Below are positions 17,470-28,050 of a stretch of 32,000 nucleotides of DNA, one piece after another. Below the pieces are notes generated by a model that did no database searches, was not told the DNA's origin, and saw nothing but the letters and a program-made list of their open reading frames with translations. Position numbers and translations under genes: made by a program. Position 1 is the first letter of the stretch, and the number at the start of each line of letters is the position of its first letter. The DNA is from Cylindrospermopsis raciborskii Cr2010 (GTDB lineage Bacteria; Cyanobacteriota; Cyanobacteriia; Cyanobacteriales; Nostocaceae). Location: positions 1,710,001 through 1,742,000 of the forward strand of contig NZ_CP065936.1 in NCBI RefSeq assembly GCF_003367075.2. Direction: 5' to 3'.

Positions 17470-17808
17470 ATGAGTCAGAAAGATGGGTTTGGCAGTGGGT
17501 TTCTACTGGGGACAATTGTTGGAGGTGTGGTAGGTGGCATTTTGGGCACGGTATTAGCATCGAGAAGGGAAAGAGCAGAAACGGAGGATGGAGGTAACAG
17601 TGATGATTTAGAAATGGGTAAAGGTGGGACGAGAAGAAAACACATGAAATCAGCAGTTAGTCAAGATCTCGCCATGGAAACAGCAAGGCGGTCTCTAGAA
17701 GACAAAATTGCCCAGCTCAATGCTACAATTGATGATGTGCGAGAACAATTAAACAGTGTTAATAGTAGTTCCCCTGGTTCTTCTCAATCCTCGTTAATTC
17801 AGGAATAA
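17470..17808 (+). CDS. Small membrane-anchored hypothetical protein (112 aa)
   Basis: ORF with glycine-rich hydrophobic N-terminus 'GFLLGTIVGGVVGGILGTVLAS' and coiled-coil tail. Confidence 0.65.
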   Translation: MSQKDGFGSGFLLGTIVGGVVGGILGTVLASRRERAETEDGGNSDDLEMGKGGTRRKHMKSAVSQDLAMETARRSLEDKIAQLNATIDDVREQLNSVNSSSPGSSQSSLIQE

Positions 17809-17836
17809 TCATCTAAGGTAGAAACCTCTCCTAACT

Positions 17837-18115
17837 ATGTATTTACTTTTCCAAACTTTAGCCTCCTTTGTGGAAATTTATAGCTACGTGCTAATTGTCA
17901 GAGTTCTGCTAACCTGGTTCCCACAAATTAACTGGTACAATCAGCCATTTGCTGCATTAAGTCAGGTTAGTGACCCCTATCTCAATCTGTTCCGCAATAT
18001 CATTCCTTCCCTGGGAGGTATTGATATTTCGCCTATTTTGGCCTTCTTGGTGCTTAATATAGTCTCCAGTTTGTTGGAGAACCTTAGTAGTGCAACTTCT
18101 TTAGGGGGATTTTAG
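17837..18115 (+). CDS. YggT family membrane protein (92 aa)
   Basis: 'YSYVLIVRVLLTWFPQINWYNQPFAALSQVSDPYLNLFRNIIPSLGGIDISPILAFLVLNIV' is the YggT pattern. Confidence 0.85.
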   Translation: MYLLFQTLASFVEIYSYVLIVRVLLTWFPQINWYNQPFAALSQVSDPYLNLFRNIIPSLGGIDISPILAFLVLNIVSSLLENLSSATSLGGF

Positions 18116-18127
18116 ACCTAAGTAGGG

Positions 18128-18212
18128 AGGCACAATTATTTGTAGGATGGGTCGAGGAACGAGACCCATGCAGGCGTTGGGTTTCATACTTCAACCCAAC
18201 CTACGTTCACCT
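18128..18212. repeat. Dispersed hairpin-containing intergenic repeat, copy A
   Basis: 'ggcacaattatttgtaggatggg...gttgggtttcatacttcaacccaacctacgttcacctta'; contains GTTGGGTT...AACCCAAC. Confidence 0.75.
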
Positions 18213-18308
18213 TATATTTATACTTACACTCGGAAAACTAGGAAATACCTTGAGAACTTTCTAGCGAATACCTTTACCTGTGGGTATGATTTAAACAGGT
18301 ATTAGTAT

Positions 18309-18746
18309 CTATTTTCGGATCATGGCGCTAAATCCTGATGCTTTAAACTGTTTCAACTTGAGTGGAGTTGGTTGATTAGCTGGTACGGAAATTCTTAACT
18401 CAAAATTACTGATACCGGGTGGTACTTGGGCAATTGACCCCAAGCGGGAGCGATTTTGTAAGATGGGGTCATTATTCGCATCATAGATTCTACCATATAC
18501 GTCAGCATCATAAACAGTTTTGTAAGTGCCATTTTGTGCCTTACCTGTGATGATAAAACAGTTAGCGAATCTGGAACTACCACTGACTACAGCACCTTGA
18601 GCTAGGTCTGAAGGACAATCTTGATAGGATAAATCGAATAGTTTAATACTAGTTAATGCTAAAGCTGATGGAGTAATTATCAATCCAAGAAAACTAGTTA
18701 AACAAACAAAAAAGACTAGGATAACTGATTTTAAACGCATAAACAC
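18309..18746 (-). CDS. Secreted hypothetical protein (145 aa)
   Basis: ORF with signal peptide 'LKSVILVFFVCLTSFLGLIITPSALA'. Confidence 0.65.
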   Translation of the reverse strand: MFMRLKSVILVFFVCLTSFLGLIITPSALALTSIKLFDLSYQDCPSDLAQGAVVSGSSRFANCFIITGKAQNGTYKTVYDADVYGRIYDANNDPILQNRSRLGSIAQVPPGISNFELRISVPANQPTPLKLKQFKASGFSAMIRK

Positions 18747-18764
18747 ACCTTGTATAAATCACTA

Positions 18765-20126
18765 TTACTCACTCTTTAACTTTAGTGCTTCCGTCGTTGA
18801 CACTCCCTCACCTTGAGAACCAAAATAGGATATAGTCAGAGCAGCTTCACCTCTGGTCACAGCTTTTTTAGGCTGAAATAGGGTTGTATATCCAAAAACC
18901 CTTCTAATATTTGATTGTTCCCCATTTTGAAAGTCAGCTAGGACTGGTCTAAGAGCTTTTAGGTCAATCTTTGCTGTATCCTGAAAGCCCCAGGTTTGCT
19001 TGACCGCTTCCGTACTAGCATTGGGGAGAGATTGACGAGTGTCTAAGGGAACTTTCCACATTAGGAGGTTTTCCCTGGTTAGAGGTGCATCGGGACGAAA
19101 CAAGAGTTCCGTTGCATCTCCTGAGAGAGGACTGGCAATTAGTCCAGCTTCTGCTAAACCCTGAATAAAGGGAAAATCAACATCAGTGGGTGGAACATCT
19201 TTAAAGATGGGTTGGGAACCTGGGGATGGTAAACGGATTTTTTTAGCCTGCTTATTAGCATAGATCACATTGTTACCAGTTACTAACCATCTAGCAAACT
19301 CTCGACGTGTAATTATTTTGTTGGGTTCCAGTTTTTGTGGTTGCCCAGAATAGTTTTTAGTCTGTTGATTATTCCCCAGCACTTTATTATCTATGGACAA
19401 AACTCCCAACTTGCCTAAATCCTCAATTGGTTTTCTCCATTCTAATGGTACTTGTGGTAAATCGGTAAATTCCAGAGGATGGAAATTTTGATTGTAGTCA
19501 ATTTGCGCTGTAGATTGTTGAGTGGTGTTGGTTGAATCAGTTATGGTCGGTGATGGCTCAGGTTGAGACGTTATAGTGGCTCCTAAATCAGTGTTGTTTA
19601 AGTTGTTATTCAACTGATATTCAATTGTTAATTCAGTGGAGCTTCCAGGTTGATTTGCACTGGTACTAGTGACCGTTGTAGGTTTAACAGTCACCTTCAA
19701 TAATAGATCGGTTTTTCGAGCTTCAAAAATCCCATCTCCATCACTTCCTGGCTTTTGTAAAATTTGCCAGTTCTCTGTTTGCAGTTTACTAGCATAAAAA
19801 CTGGCAATCATATTACTGGGATCAGAGCTTTCCCAGCGAGTTATTGAGTATTGTGAGTTATTTTGTGCCAGTTCAACTTCTATTAACTTAGCATTAGAAT
19901 ATAAGGGAATTATTTTAGGAAAATCACTAGGTAAACCAACAACAGGTGTCGGGGGTGTTTGTTGCTGCTGAGGAACACCAAAAAGTCCCGATCTCTCCTG
20001 TAGTCGCGAGTCCGCAGCCAAATTACGTTCCCAGTTTTTAGCACCGGGTGCGTTAGCACAGGCTGTTAAGGTAGATAGCGAAACAGCTATACTAATAAAA
20101 GTAGTGGAAAGTTTATAAATAACCAC
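18765..20126 (-). CDS. S-layer homology (SLH) domain lipoprotein (453 aa)
   Basis: Lipobox-like 'LSTLTAC'; SLH-type 'FKDVPPTDVDFPFIQGLAEAGLIA...FRPDAPLTRENLLMW', 'ITRREFARWLV'. Confidence 0.75.
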   Translation of the reverse strand: MVIYKLSTTFISIAVSLSTLTACANAPGAKNWERNLAADSRLQERSGLFGVPQQQQTPPTPVVGLPSDFPKIIPLYSNAKLIEVELAQNNSQYSITRWESSDPSNMIASFYASKLQTENWQILQKPGSDGDGIFEARKTDLLLKVTVKPTTVTSTSANQPGSSTELTIEYQLNNNLNNTDLGATITSQPEPSPTITDSTNTTQQSTAQIDYNQNFHPLEFTDLPQVPLEWRKPIEDLGKLGVLSIDNKVLGNNQQTKNYSGQPQKLEPNKIITRREFARWLVTGNNVIYANKQAKKIRLPSPGSQPIFKDVPPTDVDFPFIQGLAEAGLIASPLSGDATELLFRPDAPLTRENLLMWKVPLDTRQSLPNASTEAVKQTWGFQDTAKIDLKALRPVLADFQNGEQSNIRRVFGYTTLFQPKKAVTRGEAALTISYFGSQGEGVSTTEALKLKSE

Positions 20127-20333
20127 AGAAAATCACAAGTATGTTTAATATTAACTACTAGACTAGCATTCCTTAACTTACTCCTTACAACACCATCCCC
20201 GACCATAAATTTTAACTTATGGAATTTATGGACATCTGGAGTGCTAAACTAGAGATGAACAAAATAACTAGTCTAACTTAAACAATTCTACCCAAGTAAC
20301 TCAGTATTTTACTATTTCTCAGGCGTTGCCAGG

Positions 20334-21548
20334 TTGTTACCAGTGCTGAAACAAGATTACATGGAAGTTTCCCAGGATCAGCCTATTCATTTTGAGGCTC
20401 CACTCCAACTGTTGCTCTTTGTTGATGGAAGACCCAAGTCTCGCCAACAAGTGCAACGAATATGCGCGTACCTACAAGATCTGGAAGTAGACTATAGTTT
20501 TGATCTGCAAATCATTGATGTCGGGCAAGAACCCTATTTAGCAGAACATTTCAGACTGGTTGCAACACCAGCTTTAGTCAAAATCCATCCAGAACCGCAA
20601 CAAACTTTGGCTGGAAGTAATATCATTGCCCAATTACAAAATTGGTGGCCACGGTGGCAAACTGCCATAGATACATCTCTAGCTTTACAGAAAGACTTAC
20701 ACGAACTTCCAGAACCAGATATTTCTATGATTCACCCCCCATCTACTATACATTCTGTGGCCCTTTCTGCTGAGCTAATTAAGTTGTCAGACCAGATTTT
20801 TTACCTCAATCAGGAAAAAGCAAAACTTCAAGAACAGTTACAATTTAAGGAACGTATCATAGCCATGCTGGCTCATGACCTTCGTAACCCTTTAACTGCT
20901 GCTGCCATAGCTATAGACACTCTTCAATCTGATTATAATTCCGATTTGGGTCAGTTTCAACGCCTAAAACCAAACTTGACGGAAAATTTACTCAAACAGG
21001 CCCGTCATCAAACCCGGATTATTGATAGGATGATAGCCGATCTGTTGGAAATCGGACGCGAAAACGATAATGATTTTAACATAGCACCACAAAGGTTGGA
21101 ATTGGGCAAACTCAGTTTTGAGGTACTAGAAGAATTACGAGACCGTTATGTTGGTAAGTCTCAAACGGTAGAGACTGATCTTCCATCTGATCTGCCTTGT
21201 GTGTATGCAGACCCAGAGAGAATTCGTCAAGTTTTGATTAATCTGTTAGACAATGCTATCAAGTATACACCCAAGGAAGGTAAAATTAGTTTAGCAGGAC
21301 TGCATCGGACAACACAAAAGGTACAATTTAGTATTGGTGATACAGGTCCTGGTATTCCCCATGAAAACCGAGATCACATTTTTGAAAATCATTTCCGTCT
21401 AGAACGAGATCAAGCAGCGGATGGTTATGGTATTGGTTTGTCCCTATGTCAACGTATTATCCGTGCCCACTACGGTCAGATTTGGGTAGATTCTACCCCT
21501 AATGGTGGCGCTTGGTTTCATTTCACTTTACCAGTATATCCTTCTTAA
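20334..21548 (+). CDS. sasA: Circadian clock-associated adaptive-response sensor histidine kinase SasA
   Basis: N-terminal KaiB/thioredoxin-like region ('[25 protein letters not shown]...[14 protein letters not shown]'), H-box '[20 protein letters not shown]', '[13 protein letters not shown]', 'GDTGPGIP', '[13 protein letters not shown]'. Confidence 0.9.
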   Translation: MLPVLKQDYMEVSQDQPIHFEAPLQLLLFVDGRPKSRQQVQRICAYLQDLEVDYSFDLQIIDVGQEPYLAEHFRLVATPALVKIHPEPQQTLAGSNIIAQLQNWWPRWQTAIDTSLALQKDLHELPEPDISMIHPPSTIHSVALSAELIKLSDQIFYLNQEKAKLQEQLQFKERIIAMLAHDLRNPLTAAAIAIDTLQSDYNSDLGQFQRLKPNLTENLLKQARHQTRIIDRMIADLLEIGRENDNDFNIAPQRLELGKLSFEVLEELRDRYVGKSQTVETDLPSDLPCVYADPERIRQVLINLLDNAIKYTPKEGKISLAGLHRTTQKVQFSIGDTGPGIPHENRDHIFENHFRLERDQAADGYGIGLSLCQRIIRAHYGQIWVDSTPNGGAWFHFTLPVYPS

Positions 21549-21585
21549 TTTAGCCATTCTCAATCTTTCTAATCATTTCTTAACT

Positions 21586-21846
21586 ATGCCACACCCATTG
21601 ATGTATGAAGAGGAAAATTTTGTTGTTCTGGAAACTAACCAAGAAGAACAGTTTTTGACGAAGCTAGAATTGTTAGAAAAGTTGCAAAACACTTTAAGTC
21701 AAATGCCTATAGAAGATATACCTTTAGATGTGAGAAAAATTGGATCCTTGATAGAACAGGTGAACCATTTGATTGATACCACCTGCGAATTAGATTTGGG
21801 ACCAGGGCGATATTTACAATGGTATGCTGTCAGATTAGAAAAGTAA
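21586..21846 (+). CDS. Conserved hypothetical protein (start more likely 21586 or 21601 than 21502)
   Basis: ORF; the upstream extension 21502-21585 overlaps the end of sasA and looks non-coding. Confidence 0.6.
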   Translation: MPHPLMYEEENFVVLETNQEEQFLTKLELLEKLQNTLSQMPIEDIPLDVRKIGSLIEQVNHLIDTTCELDLGPGRYLQWYAVRLEK

Positions 21847-21864
21847 AAGCGTCTTGATATGAGA

Positions 21865-22419
21865 TTAATTAGAATGGTTGACAGTAATTAATTCCAATTC
21901 AATTTTATCTTCATTGGGCTGAGTGATTTTTACATGAACATTAGGTGCAAAATACTTAGTCATTTTCTCTTGTTTTTCCAACCATGTATCCAGAGGGATC
22001 AGGGGAGAGTCAAACTCTAGAATTAGACAATAAGCACCATCAAGGGAAGTTTCTCGCAGACTGGTGACTACGGGGCGTTCTTCATCCGTGGGATTTAAGC
22101 CTAAATATTCAAGGGCCCTATCTAAATGGGCTTGTTGTCCGTAGCAAAATCTTGTAATATCTTTACGGATTTTATTTTGGGTAATAGTAGCTTGCTGCTT
22201 CCTGAGTTCCAATACCGACTCTGTGGTAGGTTCACTAAAGGGTATTGGTTGGAGTTCATTAGCTTTGAGTGCTAAACCACCTAATAACAGGGGAAATCCA
22301 TAAAAAAACCCTACCAAATTCAAGGTCGCGTTATCCAACCCATAAGCTATAAAGCCCATAATGGTTAATATACTACCTACAGTTAAACCGAGTGTTCCCA
22401 AAGAGATTTTGCCGAACAT
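21865..22419 (-). CDS. DUF2854-type cyanobacterial membrane protein (184 aa)
   Basis: 'MFGKISLGTLGLTVGSILTIMGFIAYGLDNATLNLVGFFYGFPLLLGGLALKANEL'. Confidence 0.75.
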   Translation of the reverse strand: MFGKISLGTLGLTVGSILTIMGFIAYGLDNATLNLVGFFYGFPLLLGGLALKANELQPIPFSEPTTESVLELRKQQATITQNKIRKDITRFCYGQQAHLDRALEYLGLNPTDEERPVVTSLRETSLDGAYCLILEFDSPLIPLDTWLEKQEKMTKYFAPNVHVKITQPNEDKIELELITVNHSN

Positions 22420-22491
22420 GATTTTAGATGCTGATCATTTATTGATATTGGCAAGTATTTTACACTATTTGGGCGCTATCTGAGATTTGCG

Positions 22492-22573
22492 GAGGCACAA
22501 TTATTTGCAGGATGGGTTAGCGAATCCATGGGGGTGTTGGGTTTCATACTTCAACCCAACCTACGTTCATCTT
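22492..22573. repeat. Dispersed hairpin-containing intergenic repeat, copy B
   Basis: 'aggcacaattatttgcaggatgggttagcgaatccatgggggtgttgggtttcatacttcaacccaacctacgttcatctt'; matches copy A end to end. Confidence 0.75.
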
Positions 22574-22646
22574 ATCTAGCTTTTTCAGAAAATCTGTAAT
22601 AAGCTATAAATTTAACTGGTAGTATTTAAAAATACGAGGAAAACTT

Positions 22647-22829
22647 ATGGATCTGGAAACAATAAAGCAAAGAATCTCCTTAGTACAAACTAAGCGCGAA
22701 TACCTACTAGGGTTACTCGAACAGCCTAACTTGGGCACTCTTAGGGTTGATATCAATCAAGCTCTGGAAGAGTTAGATGATCTATTGGATGAGTTTAATC
22801 GTACATTTTCAAATGAAAATACGAATTAA
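22647..22829 (+). CDS. Small hypothetical protein (60 aa)
   Basis: ORF preceded by 'cgaggaaaactt'; helical, acidic protein. Confidence 0.5.
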   Translation: MDLETIKQRISLVQTKREYLLGLLEQPNLGTLRVDINQALEELDDLLDEFNRTFSNENTN

Positions 22830-22895
22830 ACTACCCACATAGAATAGAAATGGGGATATTATTTTTAGTTTATTTTGGCTTACTTGAACTTATTC

Positions 22896-25091
22896 TCAAT
22901 TCTGCATAAGCGGCTTTGGGTAATTATTTTGGCTCATGGACATAAGAATCGCTTGGGAGTTAGCTTCTGAACTGTTATCTTTGGGCGTTCTTTGAATGTA
23001 ATTGCCATCGGGTTGTAAATCCCAAGCTTGACGATTATCTGCTAACATAATCCCGAGGATTTCTTGTAGATCTTTGGCAATTTCTTGGTCTCTAATTGGT
23101 GTAATAACCTCCACTCTCCGATCTAAATTGCGACGCATCCAGTCCGCACTGCCAATATATATTTCTTCCTGACCATTGTTGTGGAAGTAAAAAATGCGAG
23201 AATGTTCTAGAAATCGCCCAATAATGCTCACAATGCGAATGTTATCACTAATGTCTTTCATTCCAGGTCTTAAACAGCATATACCTCTAACTATCAAGTC
23301 TATTTGCACCCCTGCACGGGAGGCGGTATATAGGGTGGCAATGATTTCAGGATCAACTAGCGCATTCATTTTGGCTACAATCCTTCCAGAGAATCCATTG
23401 TGTACGTTGGTAATTTCTCTGTGAATTAGTTCTAAAAAGCGGTTGCGCATATTCACCGGAGCAACTAATATCTCTCGATAGTTTTTTTGCAGAGAATAAC
23501 CTGTTAAGAAGTTAAATACATCGGTTAGATCTGCACCCAGTTCTTCCCGACAACTGAACAATCCCAGGTCTGTGTATAGTTTGGCTGTTTTTGGGTTATA
23601 ATTACCTGTGCCAATATGGACGTAACGACAGATTTTATCTTTTTCTCTCCTGACTACTAGCACTATTTTACTATGAGTTTTCAAACCCGCTAATCCGTAA
23701 ACTACATGAACTCCAACTTTTTCTAATCGTCTGGCCCAGTAGATATTATTTTCTTCATCAAAACGGGCTTTTAATTCCACTAAAACTGACACTTGTTTAC
23801 CATTTTCAGCTGCAGCAATTAAGGCATTTACTATGGGTGAATCCCCAGAAGTACGATATAATGTCATCTTAATCGCTAACACTTGAGGATCCCATGCTGC
23901 ATGGGTAATAAATTGCTCTACTGTACCGGAAAATGATTGATAGGGATGATGGACTAATAAATCTTTTTCTCTAATTATAGAAAAGAAATCTTTTCCATCT
24001 TCTGTTTCTAAAACATCGGGATCTAAACAGGGTTCTTTTAACCGCTGTAACCGGGAAGGAATGACTGATTGACGTGGAGGATCTTTCAGTTCTGGTAAGG
24101 ATAATCCCATAAAATACATTAGATCCCTCAAACCTAATAAACCATTTACTTGGTAAACATCATTAGCAGTCAATTCTAGGTCTTCTAATAACCGAGAACG
24201 TAAATTTTCCGGTGTTTGTGATTGTATTTCTAATCGAACCGGTGTCCCACCCATACGCCTTTTACGTAGTTCTTGTTCAATGGCTAGTAATAGGTCATCT
24301 GCTTCATCTTCTTCTAGCTCTAAGTCCGCATCTCGAGTGATCCGAAAAGGATGGCATTCTTGAATGTTCATCCCCGGAAATAATTGATCTAAATTATGGG
24401 CGATCGCCTGTTCTAAAGGTACACCAATCCAGTAAATTGGTTTACCATTATGACTTGCTAGTTCGGAAGGTAAGGGGATAAATCTTGGTAGAACTTTTGG
24501 TACTTTCACCCGGGCAAAATATTCTTCTTCTGTCTGTGGATTTTTGACCACTACAGCCAAATTCAGGCTGAGATTAGAAATGTAAGGAAAGGGATGACTA
24601 GGATCCACTGCTAAGGGGGTGAGAACGGGAAATATTTGTTCTTTAAAATATTCATCCAGATGCAATTTCTGTTGCTGATTCATATCTATATATTTTATAA
24701 TATGAATACCTTGATTAGCTAACAAAGGTTGTAGTATTTCTTCAAACTGTTGGTTCTGTTTTGCCACTAATGGGTTTAAATATAATCTGATATCATCTAA
24801 CTGCTGTTGTGGTGTGCGCCCATCAGGAGTAAGAAGGTCTACTTTTGCTTCTACCTGCTGTTTTAGTGCTGCAATACGCACCATAAAAAATTCATCCAGG
24901 TTAGAGCTAAAAATGGCTAGGAATTTGAGTCTCTCTAATAGTGGTGTGCGTTCATCGCATCCCTCATGTAGTACCCTGCTGTTAAACTGTAACCAACTTA
25001 ATTCTCTATTAATATAATATTCTGGGTCATTTAAATTAATTGGTTCATCTAAACTAACAACTGGAGGATTGTTTTTTTTGAGTTTGGCCAT
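22896..25091 (-). CDS. ppk: Polyphosphate kinase 1
   Basis: 'NRELSWLQFNSRVLHEG', 'TRDADLELEEDEADDLL', 'VLVELKARFDEENNI.WARRLEKVGVHVVYGLAGLKTHSKIVLVVRRE', 'YVHIGTGNYNPKTAKLYTDLGL', 'GSADWMRRNLDRRVEV'. Confidence 0.97.
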   Translation of the reverse strand: MAKLKKNNPPVVSLDEPINLNDPEYYINRELSWLQFNSRVLHEGCDERTPLLERLKFLAIFSSNLDEFFMVRIAALKQQVEAKVDLLTPDGRTPQQQLDDIRLYLNPLVAKQNQQFEEILQPLLANQGIHIIKYIDMNQQQKLHLDEYFKEQIFPVLTPLAVDPSHPFPYISNLSLNLAVVVKNPQTEEEYFARVKVPKVLPRFIPLPSELASHNGKPIYWIGVPLEQAIAHNLDQLFPGMNIQECHPFRITRDADLELEEDEADDLLLAIEQELRKRRMGGTPVRLEIQSQTPENLRSRLLEDLELTANDVYQVNGLLGLRDLMYFMGLSLPELKDPPRQSVIPSRLQRLKEPCLDPDVLETEDGKDFFSIIREKDLLVHHPYQSFSGTVEQFITHAAWDPQVLAIKMTLYRTSGDSPIVNALIAAAENGKQVSVLVELKARFDEENNIYWARRLEKVGVHVVYGLAGLKTHSKIVLVVRREKDKICRYVHIGTGNYNPKTAKLYTDLGLFSCREELGADLTDVFNFLTGYSLQKNYREILVAPVNMRNRFLELIHREITNVHNGFSGRIVAKMNALVDPEIIATLYTASRAGVQIDLIVRGICCLRPGMKDISDNIRIVSIIGRFLEHSRIFYFHNNGQEEIYIGSADWMRRNLDRRVEVITPIRDQEIAKDLQEILGIMLADNRQAWDLQPDGNYIQRTPKDNSSEANSQAILMSMSQNNYPKPLMQN

Positions 25092-25256
25092 GATTATCTA
25101 TCACCTAGTAGATGTTGCTATTTCCTTGGTAGTCAATTAATCCAATTATAATGTTAAGCTTTGGTTAAGAAAAAGTTAAGAACCCCTAATTATTTGTCTA
25201 AGTAGGTCGGTATAATTAAATATAAATTTTTAACTCCTTGTCATTATCCACTGTGT

Positions 25257-26675
25257 ATGTTCCAAGCTACTCGTCGTCGTCTTGCTCTTTGGTACACCGC
25301 TGTCACCGCTATTTTACTACTCTTGTTTGCCACTGGAGTGTATTGGTATGTCCGCAGCACATTAATTGAGAGAATTGATGATACTTTAAATCATGTAGTA
25401 GAGGTAGTAGAGCGTTCCTTAGTAATTGAAGACGTTAACTTGGAACCAAGTCAACTAAAATTAAGGCATCAAGGAGTTAAAATACCTCAACAAAACACAA
25501 TTAGTGTTAACATAGAAGCAAGTTTTCGCAATAATAAGAGTACAAATGAAGACGATCATATTGATTTAGAATGGTTTACCCCTACTGGTGAGTTAAGGTG
25601 GTCTACCTTTTCCGAACCCTTACACATTCCCATTCGTGGGAACACAAGTGAAACTGTGCGGGTGATGGGAGCATGGGGTAACTCAGAGCTATTACTGCGA
25701 CAGGTGACCCATAGAGTGGAAATAGGAAGACAAGTTTTAGGGTATTTGAGGGTCAGTCACCCCTGGTTTGAAGTCACTAAACCAAGTCGAAAGTTGGTTG
25801 TGGATCTAGGTTTAGGTATAGGGTTAATGGTGATTTCTGTGGGCGCTAGTGGTTGGTTTTTGTCTGGAAAAGCGATGGAACCTGTGGGTGATTCCTATCA
25901 ACGGTTGAAACAGTTTACTGCTGATGCTTCCCATGAATTAAGAAGTCCTATAGCGCTGATTCAAACCAATGTCCAAGTTGCATTAGCTGATTTGGAATCG
26001 GAAAATTCTTATACTGCTCATGACTATGAACACAATTATTCCCATTATCGCCAACAATTGCAGTTAGTTGAAAGATTAACCCAGCGTTTAGGTAGGTTGG
26101 TCAACGATTTGTTGTTTCTTGCTAGACAAGATAGTGGTATGAGTCCTAACTTGTTTTCACCTTGTCCCGTGGATGCTTTGTTAATGGAAGTGGTGGAAGA
26201 GCAGGAACTTGTAGCTACAGAAAAACAAATTTCCCTGAGTTTAATCCTTGTGGATCCTCCAGTGGAAACTGACTCCAGATTACGGGAAAACTGGTTCACT
26301 CTCATGGGAAACTGGGATCAACTGGGTAGATTATGCACTAATTTGATTAGTAACGCCCTACAATACACTCCCAGGGAAGGAAAAGTGCAAGTAGAATTGG
26401 CACGAGTTTTGACAATGCCTGGTCCCTGCTTACAAATTAAAGTGATTGACACGGGAGTAGGTATTCCTAGGGAATCTTTACCAAAACTATTCGATAGATT
26501 TTATCGCGTGGACCCAGCTCGCTCCCAACGAGACGCTACTACCGGATCGGGTTTAGGTTTAGCTATTGTTCATACCATTGTAGAACAACATCAAGGGGAA
26601 ATAGAAGTTCACAGTATTCTTAGTCAGGGGACTACTTTTGTCGTTCACTTACCTGTAAGTAGTGAATTTTACTAG
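25257..26675 (+). CDS. Two-component sensor histidine kinase (472 aa)
   Basis: N-terminal TM and periplasmic region; H-box 'FTADASHELRSPIALIQTNVQ', 'NLISNALQYTP', 'DTGVGIPRESLPKLFDRFYRVD', 'GSGLGLAIV'. Confidence 0.9.
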   Translation: MFQATRRRLALWYTAVTAILLLLFATGVYWYVRSTLIERIDDTLNHVVEVVERSLVIEDVNLEPSQLKLRHQGVKIPQQNTISVNIEASFRNNKSTNEDDHIDLEWFTPTGELRWSTFSEPLHIPIRGNTSETVRVMGAWGNSELLLRQVTHRVEIGRQVLGYLRVSHPWFEVTKPSRKLVVDLGLGIGLMVISVGASGWFLSGKAMEPVGDSYQRLKQFTADASHELRSPIALIQTNVQVALADLESENSYTAHDYEHNYSHYRQQLQLVERLTQRLGRLVNDLLFLARQDSGMSPNLFSPCPVDALLMEVVEEQELVATEKQISLSLILVDPPVETDSRLRENWFTLMGNWDQLGRLCTNLISNALQYTPREGKVQVELARVLTMPGPCLQIKVIDTGVGIPRESLPKLFDRFYRVDPARSQRDATTGSGLGLAIVHTIVEQHQGEIEVHSILSQGTTFVVHLPVSSEFY

Positions 26676-26697
26676 TTTTTTTAGTATAATTTTTCTA

Positions 26698-27321
26698 TTA
26701 ATTTCTCCCATCTTCTAAATAAATATCTCGAATATCAGGGTCTAATTTTTCTTCTAACATCTGGTAGCTCTGTTGTAATAAATCGCTTACCTGTACTATA
26801 GAAATATTTTCTCCCTCTGCTTGTAAATAAGCGGCAATCCGGGTTTCACTCCAATGGAAGGTTCGCGCCATCAGTAAAACTACGCGTAGAACAGGTGGTA
26901 GTTTATCCAGTGCCTGCTGTAAATAGCACCAAAGCGGAGGTGAGGTTTCTTTTATGGAGTAATGAATTGCTTCTGCTGGTGGTACGCTGATTCGATTAAT
27001 GCAAAAGGCAGTCATGTTAATTAACCAGTTTTGCAGGCTTAATGCTTCTTTCTCGGTTATTGGTTGCTCTAGAGAAAGTTCCCTCATTTCATAGTATATC
27101 TGTTGCCAAGTCAGGGCAAATAAATAGTCTGCTTGAACGGGAGATTTCGCTGAGTGTTGAATCAGAGTGTAAACTATAGGATGATAACGGGCAAATATGG
27201 CTGTGAAGTACCGACCACTATCAGGATAGCGCTGAAATAGGTTTAATAGTTCTTGATCGGTTTGCTCAAATAAGGATTTCACCAAGGGGTGATTGGTTTC
27301 GGGAAAGGAGGGAATTTGCAC
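26698..27321 (-). CDS. Sigma-70-region-like protein (ECF-like, 207 aa)
   Basis: 'DLLNLFQRYP..FTAIFARYHPIVYTLI', then region-4-like 'LDKLPPVLRVVLLMARTFHWSETRIAAYLQAEG..ISIVQVSDLLQQSYQMLEEKL'. The first segment is paraphrased from 'ELLNLFQRYPDSGRYFTAIFARYHPIVYTLI'. Confidence 0.6.
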   Translation of the reverse strand: MQIPSFPETNHPLVKSLFEQTDQELLNLFQRYPDSGRYFTAIFARYHPIVYTLIQHSAKSPVQADYLFALTWQQIYYEMRELSLEQPITEKEALSLQNWLINMTAFCINRISVPPAEAIHYSIKETSPPLWCYLQQALDKLPPVLRVVLLMARTFHWSETRIAAYLQAEGENISIVQVSDLLQQSYQMLEEKLDPDIRDIYLEDGRN

Positions 27322-27447
27322 AGGGGTTGTAAGGAGTTTAAATGTCAGCTCAAGTTGGTTAGAGTATAAACTATTAAAGAGATAGCGATATGCTAGTCTT
27401 TAGCAACAATACTAAAAACCTATTCACTATACAATCTAGATTTATTC

Positions 27448-28044
27448 ATGGTTATAGTAGCTAATGTGATACCTTTTTTGCATATTCCAGTGACAATTGC
27501 CTCTTTTTTACCCTCCCTACCCTTGGATAGTCTGTTTTCCACCCAGGGGATTATGATTATGCTATTGGCAGCTTATGCTGGTGCCATGTGGATGTTTCTC
27601 ACCAGCGCTCCCAAGGTCTATACTGTAATGGTCTCGGATTTGGAAATTGCCCGACAACTATATGAGGGTTTGTTGGATTTACCCGCTGCGGAAGTACCTC
27701 TACACTACTACTACAATTATGAACAAACTATAGGTGCTACGGCTATAGATCCGCTTTATATGTCTTCTGGTCCTAGTTTCTCTCATAGGACTATTAGTAA
27801 TGGCAATGATGGACTATGGTACCAATTAAAGAAAAATACCCAACTACACGTTATTACTGGTGCAAGTCTAGGTAGTAAAAGTCAACAACGTCATGTTTGT
27901 TTTGACCGGGATTGTTTAGACTTAATTTTAATGCGGGTGGAAACTAGAGGGTTAAAGTTTAAGATTCGTAATCAAAAACCTTTGAACTTTTTGGTAAAAG
28001 ATTACGAAGGGAGAATTATTGAAATGGCTGAGGTGACTGGTTAA
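27448..28044 (+). CDS. Glyoxalase-like domain protein (198 aa)
   Basis: 'VYTVMVSDLEIARQLYEGLLDLPAAEVPLHYYYNYE' resembles a glyoxalase/bleomycin-resistance fold start. Confidence 0.6.
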   Translation: MVIVANVIPFLHIPVTIASFLPSLPLDSLFSTQGIMIMLLAAYAGAMWMFLTSAPKVYTVMVSDLEIARQLYEGLLDLPAAEVPLHYYYNYEQTIGATAIDPLYMSSGPSFSHRTISNGNDGLWYQLKKNTQLHVITGASLGSKSQQRHVCFDRDCLDLILMRVETRGLKFKIRNQKPLNFLVKDYEGRIIEMAEVTG

Positions 28045-28050
28045 GAAAAG

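Noticed and set aside
23194-25017. + strand ORFs at 23194-23424 and 24814-25017
   Set aside because: Antisense to the unambiguous ppk coding sequence.
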